From positions 9,349 through 73,348 of the forward strand of contig CANIAP010000001.1 of assembly GCA_947465765.1 (NCBI GenBank): 64,000 nt of DNA, written 5' to 3'. The notes below the pieces were generated by a model. The model had not been told where the DNA came from. It worked only from the letters and a program-made list of their open reading frames with translations, and searched no databases. A program made the translations under genes and the position numbers. This DNA comes from a bacterium (lineage in GTDB: Bacteria; Margulisbacteria; Marinamargulisbacteria; SXXA01). Positions 55,679 to 64,000 of the stretch are shown in pieces (position 1 is the stretch's first letter; every line of letters begins with the position of its first letter).

Positions 55679-56691
55679 GCCCGATGTAGAATTCTGCGTT
55701 GAAGCCATAGTTCATATTTGAGTTGCTCGTCGTCTAGTATAGCCTGAATTTTTACCCCCTCTTTTCGACGTTTCAACACGTTTTTGTCGGCGATTTTTTG
55801 GAGTCCGTCGACTGAAATGACTTGGCAGTTAGTGGTATCAATTTTTGGGTCAACGTTTCGGGGAACAGTAAGGTCAACGATGAGTGATGTTTCGGAAGCG
55901 TTTGGGAGATGGCTTGGGCGGATTATATAGTCTGACGCGGCGGTCGCCACTATCACAATATTAAATTGGCAAACGCACTCTGATAACGTTTCGAATTTGA
56001 GTATCGATACGCCGGATTCTTCCGCAATTTTTGAGGCTTTTTCAAAGGTTCTGTTACATATCGTGATGGAGGGGTGCCCAATGGATACCAATTTTTTGAT
56101 GGCGCGTTGTCCAATCGTTCCAGTCCCAACAATTAAGATGGACCGCTCAAAATAGTCTAGTTTTAATTCTCGGATGGCGTCGATTGCAATGGAACTAATC
56201 GAATAGGCTCCACGGGAAATTTCAGTCTCGTGCCTTACCCGTTTACCTACAGCAATCGCACTTTGAAAGAGTTTATTGGTCGTTGGGCCAGTGGTTTTAA
56301 GCGCCTGGAAATTGGAATAGGCTTTTTTAACTTGAGAAAGAATTTCATCTTCCCCAAAGACCATCGATTCGACACCGGCTGCAACATTAAATAGATGCTC
56401 AATTACAGCGCTGTCTGTTAGCGAATAAACGATGGTACTGATCGCATTTCTGGGTATATTTGCGGAATCTGCGATGAACGCCGTAAGCCAAAGCCCCGCT
56501 GCATCGACATCGTCCGCCGCAAAATACAGTTCGAAGCGGTTGCAAGTGGCGAGTACAACCAATTCGGTGATCGGGGACTCATTGAGCACCATTTGGCAAA
56601 ACGCTGGCCATGAATCCTGTTTAATATAAATCAGTTCGATATCTCTCAATGGAGATCGCTTATAGTCCGTTCCAAGAAAGCCTAGTTTCAT
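55675..56691 (-). CDS. hemA: Glutamyl-tRNA reductase (short form, ~338 aa)
   Basis: LATCNRFELYF (compare LSTCNRTEIY), NADPH-binding GTGTIGQ. Start at MKLGFLG. The C-terminal dimerisation domain is truncated relative to the 420-aa enzymes. Confidence 0.8.
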   Translation of the reverse strand: MKLGFLGTDYKRSPLRDIELIYIKQDSWPAFCQMVLNESPITELVVLATCNRFELYFAADDVDAAGLWLTAFIADSANIPRNAISTIVYSLTDSAVIEHLFNVAAGVESMVFGEDEILSQVKKAYSNFQALKTTGPTTNKLFQSAIAVGKRVRHETEISRGAYSISSIAIDAIRELKLDYFERSILIVGTGTIGQRAIKKLVSIGHPSITICNRTFEKASKIAEESGVSILKFETLSECVCQFNIVIVATAASDYIIRPSHLPNASETSLIVDLTVPRNVDPKIDTTNCQVISVDGLQKIADKNVLKRRKEGVKIQAILDDEQLKYELWLQRRILHRA

Positions 56692-56945
56692 AATGGTATC
56701 GCCTGAATTGTATCTTTTTTGAGCGTTTTTTTGCAACGAAGCTGGGCGCAGTGCCCCCGATGATACATGACAGCGATAGACGGGTGGGGCACTTTTAGAT
56801 TCGTTGATAAGACCCCCTTGCTAGATTGCAATTTGAGGCTCATTCTCATAGTATAGCGTCGGATTTACCAAACCAATGAGACTCAATCGTAGGCCTAATA
56901 TTTTTCTGACTCACGGGTTCTCCCTTTGTCTGGGCGTTTTGTCGA

Positions 56946-56962
56946 TTTTGTTTTGTTTTGTT
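56946..56962. repeat. (TTTTG)3 short tandem repeat just upstream of the probable flgF start
   Basis: gaTTTTGTTTTGTTTTGtt, read directly. Confidence 0.8.
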
Positions 56963-56983
56963 CGGACGATCGAGGCGAGATTT

Positions 56984-57703
56984 ATGCCTGAGATCCAGGA
57001 GATTGAAGATCCCTCCATTCGGATGGTGGTTCAGTCGATGCGAGCCCATCAAACCCAATGGTATGCCATTTTGGTGCAAACCACGAACGTGGACACCCCA
57101 GGGTATATTGAGCCCGGGGGATATAACTACAAGGATAAAGATGGAAATATTGAAATGATGCCATTTTATCGGTTTCGATCAGGTCCGGTTATAGAGACCA
57201 GCCAGCCGTTGGATTTTTATCTTGACGCAAGTAGTCGGGGATTTTTTCAGGTGTTGGTTCCCACGGGTTTGGGCTACACCCGAGATGGTCGATTTGCATT
57301 GACGTTAAATCGCAAGTTAGTCATGGTTGCTGGCGGATTTCCGGTATTGGGTGAGCGGGGAGAGATTTATCTACCCCCTGGAAACGAAATCGCAGTGTCT
57401 AAGACGGGCCAGATTTTTGTGGATGGATCGCCTGTCGACCGTATGAAAGTGATTCTCTTTAAAGATAAGGGCCTCAAGCAATTAGATTCGTTAAACGGCA
57501 GTATTTTTTATTGTTCAGGGGATCCCGACATTGAGCTTGAGGGTGAGTACGGGGTTAGGCAGGGGTTTTTGGAGCAAAATAACGTTTTGAAAGCGCTGGT
57601 GGGCGATGGGGCTATGGCGGCGCGTGCCTATGAAGCAACCTCCAAAGCAGGGAAGTCTATTACCAAGGAAATGAGCTCTGCAATTCAGTTGGGCAGTCCG
57701 TAA
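56984..57703 (+). CDS. flgF: Flagellar basal-body rod protein FlgF-like
   Basis: The C-terminus QGFLEQNNV...ARAYEA matches the FlgF/FlgG C-terminal helix; Flg_bb_rod-like N-terminal TNVDTPGY. Position is immediately before flgG. The start is uncertain (56876, 56984 or 57023). Confidence 0.6.
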   Translation: MPEIQEIEDPSIRMVVQSMRAHQTQWYAILVQTTNVDTPGYIEPGGYNYKDKDGNIEMMPFYRFRSGPVIETSQPLDFYLDASSRGFFQVLVPTGLGYTRDGRFALTLNRKLVMVAGGFPVLGERGEIYLPPGNEIAVSKTGQIFVDGSPVDRMKVILFKDKGLKQLDSLNGSIFYCSGDPDIELEGEYGVRQGFLEQNNVLKALVGDGAMAARAYEATSKAGKSITKEMSSAIQLGSP

Positions 57704-57793
57704 AAGAAACGCGTTGAGAGACTGGTGTCGGGGGCGGATGTTTGGATTTGGTTTTTTATGTCGATAGTTCGATAATCCTAGGAGGTAATAATC

Positions 57794-58597
57794 ATGATTT
57801 CACAGATGCATATGGCCAAATCTGCGTTGTTCGCGTTTCAGCGAAAATTGCAGGTTATCGTTAATAATATTTCAAACGCTCAGACCGTTGGTTACAAACG
57901 ACGCAGCGTTGAGATGGAAAGCTTGTTTCCATTGGTTTTGGAATCCGTAATCAATGAAGGCGATGATAGCGTTGCCGGCAATTCCACTAGCCGTAAACGG
58001 TATGTTGAATACGGACAAGGTGTCCGGATTGCAGATATTCGTAAAGATATGACTCCCGGAAGTATCGAGGTGACTAATCAACCCCTGGATATGGCCATTG
58101 ATGGGGCTGGTTTTTTTCAGTTTAGGATGAGTGACGGGCAGGTTGCTTTTGGCCGTGCCGGCAATTTGCACGTAGATGCTGAAGGTAACGTGGTGGATCC
58201 TAATGGACATCCACTTGAACCCGCGATTCGCCTTCCTCGTGAATTTTCTGAAGTCATCATTAACGATGAGGGCAAAGTGTTTATACAGACCAATGGAGAT
58301 CCTACTCCACGAGAAGTCGGGCAGATCCTATTGGCTGTTTTTCCAAACTCAGGGGGATTGAAGGACGTTGGGCAAAATTTATATTCCCAAACGGCAGCAT
58401 CCGGGGATCCGAGTTTCGAAGTGCCGGGGCGGGCGCTTGCGGGAGCGATTAAGCAGCGTGCCCTAGAGTTTTCCAACGTTAACGTTATTGAAGAAATGAT
58501 GTCCATGGTTTTGTGTCAGCGTGCCTTTGACGTTACGATTAAGGCCATTAACTCTGGTGACGCGATGTTGAAATCTGGAAGCGATCTCGGAAAATAA
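57794..58597 (+). CDS. flgG: Flagellar basal-body distal rod protein FlgG
   Basis: N-terminal ...AKSALFAFQRKLQVIVNNISNAQTVGYKRR and C-terminal LEFSNVNVIEEMMSMVLCQRAFDVTIKAI. Confidence 0.85.
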   Translation: MISQMHMAKSALFAFQRKLQVIVNNISNAQTVGYKRRSVEMESLFPLVLESVINEGDDSVAGNSTSRKRYVEYGQGVRIADIRKDMTPGSIEVTNQPLDMAIDGAGFFQFRMSDGQVAFGRAGNLHVDAEGNVVDPNGHPLEPAIRLPREFSEVIINDEGKVFIQTNGDPTPREVGQILLAVFPNSGGLKDVGQNLYSQTAASGDPSFEVPGRALAGAIKQRALEFSNVNVIEEMMSMVLCQRAFDVTIKAINSGDAMLKSGSDLGK

Positions 58598-58604
58598 ATT
58601 TAGT

Positions 58605-59327
58605 TTGGCTAAAATATTTCTTTTTGTATTTTTAAGTGTATTTATTTCAGCGAGGGCCAGCTTTGGGATGACGGTTGCCGAAGCGCAAAACCAAATGAAA
58701 ACCGCAATTTCTGAAAGAGTCAGTCGGCAGCTAAGTCGTTTTTCTGATTTAGAATTAAATGTCCAAGTGCACCTTCCCCATCAGTCGATGTCCCTCTTGG
58801 AAGGGGCGGCTAGTGTTGATTTTCAATTGTCTGACTATGGGAACTATGTGGGCAGATCGTCTATCCCTATTGGGCTTCTCGATTCCCGTCATCGTGTTTT
58901 TTCGACCGTGAAGGCGGTTGTGGATGTCTCCGTCATTGGCGGGTATGTGGTGGCGACCCATGTTCTTGCGAAGGGTCAGAGAATTGCCTCTGAAGATGTG
59001 ATGCTTCGGCGTGGCACAGTTAATGACTTGTCCCGACAGTCCTTTGGTTCGGTGGATATGGTTCTAGGTAAGGAATTGTTGGCTGCCGTTTCCGATGGCG
59101 TTCCGTTGACTCAAATAGTGGTTCGCGATATCCCCGATGTTAGGCGGGGCGATTCTGTTTTAGTGGATTACCGAAACGGTGGGGTCCAGCTGCGGGTACC
59201 CGGGGAGGCCATGGCAGATGGACGAATTGGTGATCGAATTCGTATTCGGTTGAAATTGGATTCCCATAAGATAATGGAGGGTAAAATTGTTGATTCAACG
59301 ACAGTTCGCGTTAGCTCTAGTTACTAG
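58605..59327 (+). CDS. flgA: Flagellar P-ring assembly chaperone FlgA
   Basis: Signal peptide, and a C-terminal SAF-like domain GRIGDRIRIRLKLDSHKIMEGKIVDSTTVRV. Confidence 0.7.
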   Translation: MAKIFLFVFLSVFISARASFGMTVAEAQNQMKTAISERVSRQLSRFSDLELNVQVHLPHQSMSLLEGAASVDFQLSDYGNYVGRSSIPIGLLDSRHRVFSTVKAVVDVSVIGGYVVATHVLAKGQRIASEDVMLRRGTVNDLSRQSFGSVDMVLGKELLAAVSDGVPLTQIVVRDIPDVRRGDSVLVDYRNGGVQLRVPGEAMADGRIGDRIRIRLKLDSHKIMEGKIVDSTTVRVSSSY

Positions 59328-59907
59328 TGTATTAGTTGTAATGGCTGTTCCGTTGTATGCCGATTCACTTTGGGATTCTGGTAAAGGGAATCTTTATAGT
59401 GTGGAACGTCGTCGCCCTAAGGTTGGGGACGTAGTCACTATTGTTGTTTCTGAGGCATCGAGTGCACAACAAGAGGCAACGACCCGGACATCTAAACAAT
59501 CGGGCATCGGTATTAACTTTGAATCAGGGTGGGATCAGGTTGCTAACTTATTGGGTAGCGAAACTATTCGAAAAACCTATTCAGGAAAAATAAAAGGTGG
59601 CGATGACTATCTCGGGAGCGGCCAGACTGCAAGAAAGAGTACGGTGCGGGCTATGGTTACGGCCGTAATTACTGAAATTTTGGAAAATGGCAATGTTTAC
59701 GTCGTTGGAGAACATAAGGTAAAAGTAAATCAAGAAATGGAGACCATTCGTGTTTCTGGAATTATTCGGCCTGGAGATATTAGTGCCACCAATACGATTG
59801 ATTCTTATAAAATAGCCAAGGCTGAAGTGTCGGTTAATGGGTCGGGTGTGGTTGGATCAAAACAGTCTCCTGGAGTGCTTACCAAAATGTTCAGCTGGTT
59901 TTTTTAA
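59287..59907 (+). CDS. flgH: Flagellar L-ring protein FlgH
   Basis: DSLWDSGKGNLYSVERRRPKVGDVVTIVVSE... matches the FlgH core. No lipobox Cys is evident. Confidence 0.8.
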   Translation: MLIQRQFALALVTSVLVVMAVPLYADSLWDSGKGNLYSVERRRPKVGDVVTIVVSEASSAQQEATTRTSKQSGIGINFESGWDQVANLLGSETIRKTYSGKIKGGDDYLGSGQTARKSTVRAMVTAVITEILENGNVYVVGEHKVKVNQEMETIRVSGIIRPGDISATNTIDSYKIAKAEVSVNGSGVVGSKQSPGVLTKMFSWFF

Positions 59908-59908
59908 T

Positions 59909-61021
59909 ATGAAAACGATCATGACGCATATTTGGATACTGCTCATTGTAATTCTAACCCCTATCATGGTGGTTGCAGACGCCCTGCCTGTACGCCTTAA
60001 GGATGTTGGAAAGATGTTTGAGGCCCGAGATAATCAGTTGATAGGGTATGGCTTGGTGGTAGGGCTGCGAGGAACGGGTGATACCCGTTTAAGTGGGTTT
60101 ACTGAAGCGTCGTTAAGCAATCTATTGAGGAAAATGGGAATTGCGTCGACCGGGCAGTCTTTTGGCTCACGGAATGTGGCGTCCGTTATGGTGACTGCGT
60201 CGTTGCCGCCGTTTGTTCGTAAAGGACAAAAGATTTCCGTCACCGTGTCCGCCCTTGGGGATTCGACCAATTTGTCTGGCGGGACATTGATCATTACGCC
60301 TCTTATGGGTGCAGATATGAATATTTATGCCGTTGCACAAGGGAATGTTCTTGTCGGGGGTATTAGCGAAACCTCGGCTCAGGGGAGATATTCAAGGAAC
60401 CAAACCAATTCTGGAACAATTCCGCAAGGAGCGATTGTTGAGGAAGAAGTGGCGGTGACGATGACTGATTTACATAATTTGACTTTCGTATTGAATGAAG
60501 CCAATTTTATTACTACTGCGCGTGCAGTGCAGGCGGTGCAAGCTGCGGGCTTCAAGGGAGCAAAGGCGATTGATGCAACCATGATAAAAATCCCATTGTC
60601 CGATCTTGATTCCACCGATTTGGTGTCGGCGATTGCGCAGATCGAGAATATCTCTTTTGTGCCTGATTCATCTGTAAAAGTAGTCATTGATTCACGATCC
60701 GGAACAATTGTTATCGGCGAAATGGTGCGCTTGGCGCCAGTTGCGTTGACTCACGGTAGTATTTCGATTCGGGTAACGGATGCTGCAGGTGGTGGGGCGG
60801 CTCCGGCATTGGGTGGCGGTGGTCAAGGGGCTGCCCCGGCGAATGAATCAATTCGTGTTGATGAGTCGGAAAATAAATTTATTTACATCAATCCAACGTC
60901 GACGTTGTCTAGTCTGGTCAATTCTTTAAACGAAATAGGTGCATCGCCACGAGATATGGCGTCGATCATTCAAGCGCTAAAAGAATCAGGCTCATTGGTT
61001 GCGGATGTTCAGATCCTATGA
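59909..61021 (+). CDS. flgI: Flagellar P-ring protein FlgI
   Basis: VRLKDVGKMFEARDNQLIGYGLVVGLRGTGD and the C-terminal SLSSLVNSLNEIGASPRDMASIIQALKESGSLVADVQIL. The ATG at 59909 overlaps the flgH stop. Confidence 0.9.
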   Translation: MKTIMTHIWILLIVILTPIMVVADALPVRLKDVGKMFEARDNQLIGYGLVVGLRGTGDTRLSGFTEASLSNLLRKMGIASTGQSFGSRNVASVMVTASLPPFVRKGQKISVTVSALGDSTNLSGGTLIITPLMGADMNIYAVAQGNVLVGGISETSAQGRYSRNQTNSGTIPQGAIVEEEVAVTMTDLHNLTFVLNEANFITTARAVQAVQAAGFKGAKAIDATMIKIPLSDLDSTDLVSAIAQIENISFVPDSSVKVVIDSRSGTIVIGEMVRLAPVALTHGSISIRVTDAAGGGAAPALGGGGQGAAPANESIRVDESENKFIYINPTSTLSSLVNSLNEIGASPRDMASIIQALKESGSLVADVQIL

Positions 61022-61449
61022 GAAATGGATTCTGGGCCTTTTTTCTTGGCGCTGTGGCACTATTTTCGGGGGTCATTATGGGATCTGAAATGGACGTGAT
61101 GCTGAGTGCTGATCGAATGTCCAGCGCCCGTGGTGCAGGTAAGGATCCGTCGAAGTCGATGGAGGAAATTCAATCGTACCTACTCGAAACTTTGTTTTTG
61201 CAACCTTTTTCGGATAGTAATCAGTCCGTTTTAACGGATGAAGAAGAGGGAGAAATGGGGTCCTTCGCCGATAAGTCGATGCAGCAATCGATGATGAATC
61301 GTGCCTTTGCGAAGCAATTAGCAAAACGGGATTTGTTGGGGCTCAAAAAACACTATATTCGGCCTGATGTCCCGTACACGGCTCCGAAGATTGATGTTCC
61401 TGAGTCGATTAGTGCTGCTCCGTATTTGGTAGGATCGTTGTCGGATTAG
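61018..61449 (+). CDS. FlgJ-like rod-binding protein (N-terminal rod-assembly domain only, no muramidase domain)
   Basis: 143 aa. EEIQSYLLETLFLQPFSDSN...MMNRAFAKQLAK resembles the Rod-binding (FlgJ N-terminal) family. Coupled to flgI. Confidence 0.5.
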   Translation: MRNGFWAFFLGAVALFSGVIMGSEMDVMLSADRMSSARGAGKDPSKSMEEIQSYLLETLFLQPFSDSNQSVLTDEEEGEMGSFADKSMQQSMMNRAFAKQLAKRDLLGLKKHYIRPDVPYTAPKIDVPESISAAPYLVGSLSD

Positions 61450-61465
61450 GTAGGGAGTTGAGTCG

Positions 61466-62209
61466 TTGGCGAAGGAAGTAAATAAGGTGGATGTAAATCG
61501 TTTGCAGCACCAATCGCTCATGCAAAATCGGCCGTTGCCACCTTTGGATGATAATTTTGTAAGAGAACATCAGTCGATGATTGAGGCGATAGCGTCTGGA
61601 ATTGTGGGTCGAGGATCGTTGCCGACCGGAGTCGATTTTGATGATTTAGTAAGTTGGGGTGGGGAAGGCCTTATTAAGGCGTATCGGAGCTATCGGCCTG
61701 ACAAGGGGACTGTATTTAAAACCTATGCGTACTATCGGATTCGTGGTGAAATGTACGATCGAATTCGGTCGGAATGGCAGTATCGAAATCCAGCTGATTA
61801 TGCAGAGCAACGGCGAAAGATTCAGGAACGTATCGCTGATGTTGTTGAGGAAGCATTAGCCAACAATAGTGATGTGTCTGGATCTGAGATCGAAGAACGA
61901 ATGACTCACTTGATATATGACTCAGCGGTGGTGTGTTTGGTCTCGTTAGAGGGGATTGAAGACGTAGAGGGGGTTTCCGATGAGCAGTTTGATGCCGCAG
62001 AAACCAATCATTCGGAGCTCTGGGATGAAATCGCCAAACTCGATACGGAAGAACGCCAAGTGATAGAAATGTTTTATGTGCATGGGCTTAAACAAAAAGA
62101 AATTTCAGAAAAGATGAATCAGTCCCGGAGTCGTGTGTGTCGAATTCATATGAAAGTTCTTGATAAATTGCGTCGTCGCCTGTCTCTGCAAAAATTGCAG
62201 AGTTCGTAA
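61466..62209 (+). CDS. fliA: Flagellar sigma factor FliA (sigma-28 / WhiG family)
   Basis: Region 2 LISWGGEGLIKAYRSYRPDKGTVFKTYAYYRIRGEMYD, and region 4 LKQKEISEKMNQSRSRVCRIHMKVLDKLRRRL. Confidence 0.85.
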   Translation: MAKEVNKVDVNRLQHQSLMQNRPLPPLDDNFVREHQSMIEAIASGIVGRGSLPTGVDFDDLVSWGGEGLIKAYRSYRPDKGTVFKTYAYYRIRGEMYDRIRSEWQYRNPADYAEQRRKIQERIADVVEEALANNSDVSGSEIEERMTHLIYDSAVVCLVSLEGIEDVEGVSDEQFDAAETNHSELWDEIAKLDTEERQVIEMFYVHGLKQKEISEKMNQSRSRVCRIHMKVLDKLRRRLSLQKLQSS

Positions 62210-62219
62210 GGAGTATCGT

Positions 62220-62615
62220 TTGAAACGGATTAGTGGTGGTCTGGTGCTAGTTGCCCTTATTCTTTTATCGAGCCAAGCGGTTGCCGATGTTCCTAAGTCC
62301 ATTGATCGGATGTTTTACAGTGAGCCTTACTATAGTGTCGAAGCGGCTATTTTTGAGCGATCTCAACGTCATGCTATTTATGCGTATATTATCTCGAACA
62401 TGACAACGCCAGGGTTTGACCCCATGAAATATCTACCGGCAGATGATCAAGCGGATCTAAACGCGATTGTTCCCGACAAAAAATTTATCCGTGAGGTCTT
62501 GGTCGAATTCTTGATGACTCGGATGTCTGATAATAATAGAAAAGATACGGCCCTAATGACGATTTGGAAAAATAAAAAGGATAGTCTTCAGCGTATCGTT
62601 ACGCTCGGGAAATAA
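62220..62615 (+). CDS. flgB: Flagellar proximal rod protein FlgB-like
   Basis: ERSQRHAIYAYIISNMTTPGFDP matches the Flg_bb_rod N-terminal signature (NIANANTPGYK). TTG start at 62220, with AGGAG 7 nt upstream. The N-terminal 25 aa are hydrophobic, which is unusual. Confidence 0.55.
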   Translation: MKRISGGLVLVALILLSSQAVADVPKSIDRMFYSEPYYSVEAAIFERSQRHAIYAYIISNMTTPGFDPMKYLPADDQADLNAIVPDKKFIREVLVEFLMTRMSDNNRKDTALMTIWKNKKDSLQRIVTLGK

Positions 62616-62617
62616 CG

Positions 62618-63067
62618 ATGAAATATTACGTGTCTTTTTTGATTGTGGTGGCGTCCGTATCGAGTGCGTTAATGGCGCAGGGGTTGGATTCAGCATTGCG
62701 GTATAGTGCGTCCGGGCTCATGGTTCAGAGAATGAGGTTGTCGATTACTGCTCAAAATATCGCGAATATTTCAACATTTAAAGACGAAGCCACGGGGTTG
62801 CCGTATCAGAAACAATTTGCGATAGTTGAAGCTACTGCGGATGGAGTTCGTATTAAATCGGTTAAAAAAAGTAATGAACCCTTTAATCGCTATTTTGATC
62901 CCGCGGTGCCTCAATCGGATGAAAACGGCTACTTTTATTATCCTAATGTTAATTTGCCAGACGAAATGACTAATTTGACATATACGGAGGCAATGTACGA
63001 AGCTAACGTTTCTGCATTTAAGACGGGTAAAGCGTTGTATCAAGCGGCAATAGACGCATTGAAGTGA
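62618..63067 (+). CDS. flgC: Flagellar proximal rod protein FlgC
   Basis: GLDSALRYSASGLMVQRMRLSITAQNIANIST and C-terminal YPNVNLPDEMTNLTYTEAMYEANVSAFKTGKALYQAAIDALK. A possible internal start at MAQGLD (62675). Confidence 0.8.
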   Translation: MKYYVSFLIVVASVSSALMAQGLDSALRYSASGLMVQRMRLSITAQNIANISTFKDEATGLPYQKQFAIVEATADGVRIKSVKKSNEPFNRYFDPAVPQSDENGYFYYPNVNLPDEMTNLTYTEAMYEANVSAFKTGKALYQAAIDALK

Positions 63068-63079
63068 AAAAGGAGTATC

Positions 63080-63769
63080 ATGATGATCGAATCCGTTAAA
63101 ACGTTGAGTGGGATTGCAAAGGCAGCAACTGCGTCGGTATCTGGTAGTGGGTCCGTATTGAGCGACCCGTCTCGGTTCAAACAAATGTTGGGTGACGCGC
63201 TACAAGAAAAAATGGCGATTGATAATTCGCGTGCCCAGGGCATTGTCGAAGAATTAACGCCCGAAATGGCGGGTCAGTTTTTCGCTCAAATTATTCCGGA
63301 AGATGAATTTAACCCTAAAATTGAACGCCTTGATAAACAGGGGGTGCCACTTGGCGGGACCCGTCCAGAATCGAATGGAAACGTTTCGGACTGGACGTTG
63401 GCCCAGTCTCCTGCGGGAGGCGCTACGAAGGCCGTTGGGCAAGATCCTAATCAGCAGGCGGTCATGGCCCCCCTTAACCGTCCATTAGGTGTGGGCACAT
63501 TAGACTCTGCTGTCCCAGGCGCGCGTCCGCCCCGGGTGGAGGTAACTCCGTTTCAGTTTTTCCTAGATAAAGCGGTTGATTTTTTCCTGAAGGTATCTGA
63601 TTTGGAGCGTAAGTCGGATATGATTATGGTGGATTACACCAATGGTAAGGCGTCATTAGAAGAAGTTATGGTTGAAAAGGCCAAGGTAAGTGTGGCACTA
63701 TCTTTTTCGGTGACATTGGTTAATCAAGTAACCCAGTCGTTTAAAGAAATTCAAGGCATGCAGGTTTAG
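63080..63769 (+). CDS. fliE: FliE-like hook-basal-body protein with a long N-terminal/central extension (229 aa vs ~100)
   Basis: The C-terminus VNQVTQSFKEIQGMQV matches the FliE C-terminal ...AYQEVMSMQV motif. Gene position is after flgB-flgC and before fliF. Confidence 0.55.
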   Translation: MMIESVKTLSGIAKAATASVSGSGSVLSDPSRFKQMLGDALQEKMAIDNSRAQGIVEELTPEMAGQFFAQIIPEDEFNPKIERLDKQGVPLGGTRPESNGNVSDWTLAQSPAGGATKAVGQDPNQQAVMAPLNRPLGVGTLDSAVPGARPPRVEVTPFQFFLDKAVDFFLKVSDLERKSDMIMVDYTNGKASLEEVMVEKAKVSVALSFSVTLVNQVTQSFKEIQGMQV

Positions 63770-63804
63770 TGACAGGATCATAATTCAATGATTAGGAAAG
63801 CCTC

Positions 63805-64000
63805 ATGGCGGAAGTAGAAGAATACGAAGACGGAGTAGACGGTGATTCAGTTCCGTCTCTTACCCGTCGGTCAGGCATTTTTTCCCGTAGCCGTTTAGTG
63901 GGGATTGCGGGTGCTACAGCGGTTGCATTGGGTTCAGGTGCGGTTTACATGATGTGGACGCCATCGAGTCCTAAAATTGTTGATCCCGCAGTGTTGGCGG
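63805..64000 (+). CDS. fliF: 5' end of the probable flagellar MS-ring protein FliF (continues beyond the window)
   Basis: Position after fliE. The charged N-terminus is followed by the first TM helix (LVGIAGATAVALGSGAVYMMW), as in FliF. Confidence 0.45.
   Translation, partial: MAEVEEYEDGVDGDSVPSLTRRSGIFSRSRLVGIAGATAVALGSGAVYMMWTPSSPKIVDPAVLA

Noticed and set aside
62160-62219. Cys-rich N-terminal 20 aa (MINCVVACLCKNC...) of the flgB ORF, overlapping the fliA 3' end
   Set aside because: It is read-through of the fliA terminus in another frame. A TTG with a strong AGGAG RBS at 62220 is the more plausible start.
1-64000. CRISPR arrays, rRNA and tRNA genes
   Set aside because: I saw no regularly spaced direct repeats and no cloverleaf-like or rRNA-like stretches. 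All spacers longer than 100 bp (12869-12970, 16814-17167, 27791-27992, 36645-36879, 37756-37916, 47032-47156, 56692-56983) were inspected by eye. A tRNA or short ncRNA cannot be fully excluded without covariance models.

Overview
This is a 64 kb chromosomal window at roughly 50% GC, densely coding on both strands. It comes from a diderm (Gram-negative-type) bacterium: LptB/LptFG, LPS heptosyltransferases and flagellar L- and P-ring proteins FlgH/FlgI are all present. Most of it is housekeeping, from left to right: a WecA/MraY-family fragment; an operon of a SAM methyltransferase and a 7TM-GAF-PP2C phosphatase; a long minus-strand operon (ymdB-like, REC-REC-HisKA, lptB, lptF/G, pyrD); recA, rny, a cinA C-terminal-domain protein and metK in Bacillus-like synteny; an oxidoreductase, a TPR protein, an AI-2E transporter and a GH-like protein; a 1590-aa NAD-glutamate dehydrogenase; purL; recG-rsmD-coaD-orf-rph; hemL; rho; hemA-hemC-hemD-hemB; and a flagellar rod/ring cluster flgF-flgG-flgA-flgH-flgI-flgJ(N)-fliA-flgB-flgC-fliE-fliF(5'). 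Four parts look accessory or unusual. (1) A lysine 2,3-aminomutase-family radical SAM enzyme, a class-III (omega/beta) aminotransferase, a BKACE beta-keto-acid cleavage enzyme and a convergent acetoacetyl-CoA synthetase, with a divergent GNAT. I read this as a candidate non-canonical beta-lysine pathway. (2) Two tandem GT9 heptosyltransferase paralogues with unexplained C-terminal extensions plus a GT2. One GT9 carries an in-frame G10 homopolymer, a candidate phase-variation switch. (3) A TPR-SPOR protein, then a fusion of a YscJ/FliF-N-like periplasmic ring domain and TM helix to a full-length FliG, then MotA and MotB. This is a compact rotor-stator module separate from the canonical fliF at the window end, and is the most novel-looking system here. 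(4) An Rpn/YhgA-family PD-(D/E)XK putative transposase with a KGIEKGIE repeat tail. I saw no rRNA, tRNA or CRISPR. All calls come from reading motifs in the supplied translations; no database search was possible.
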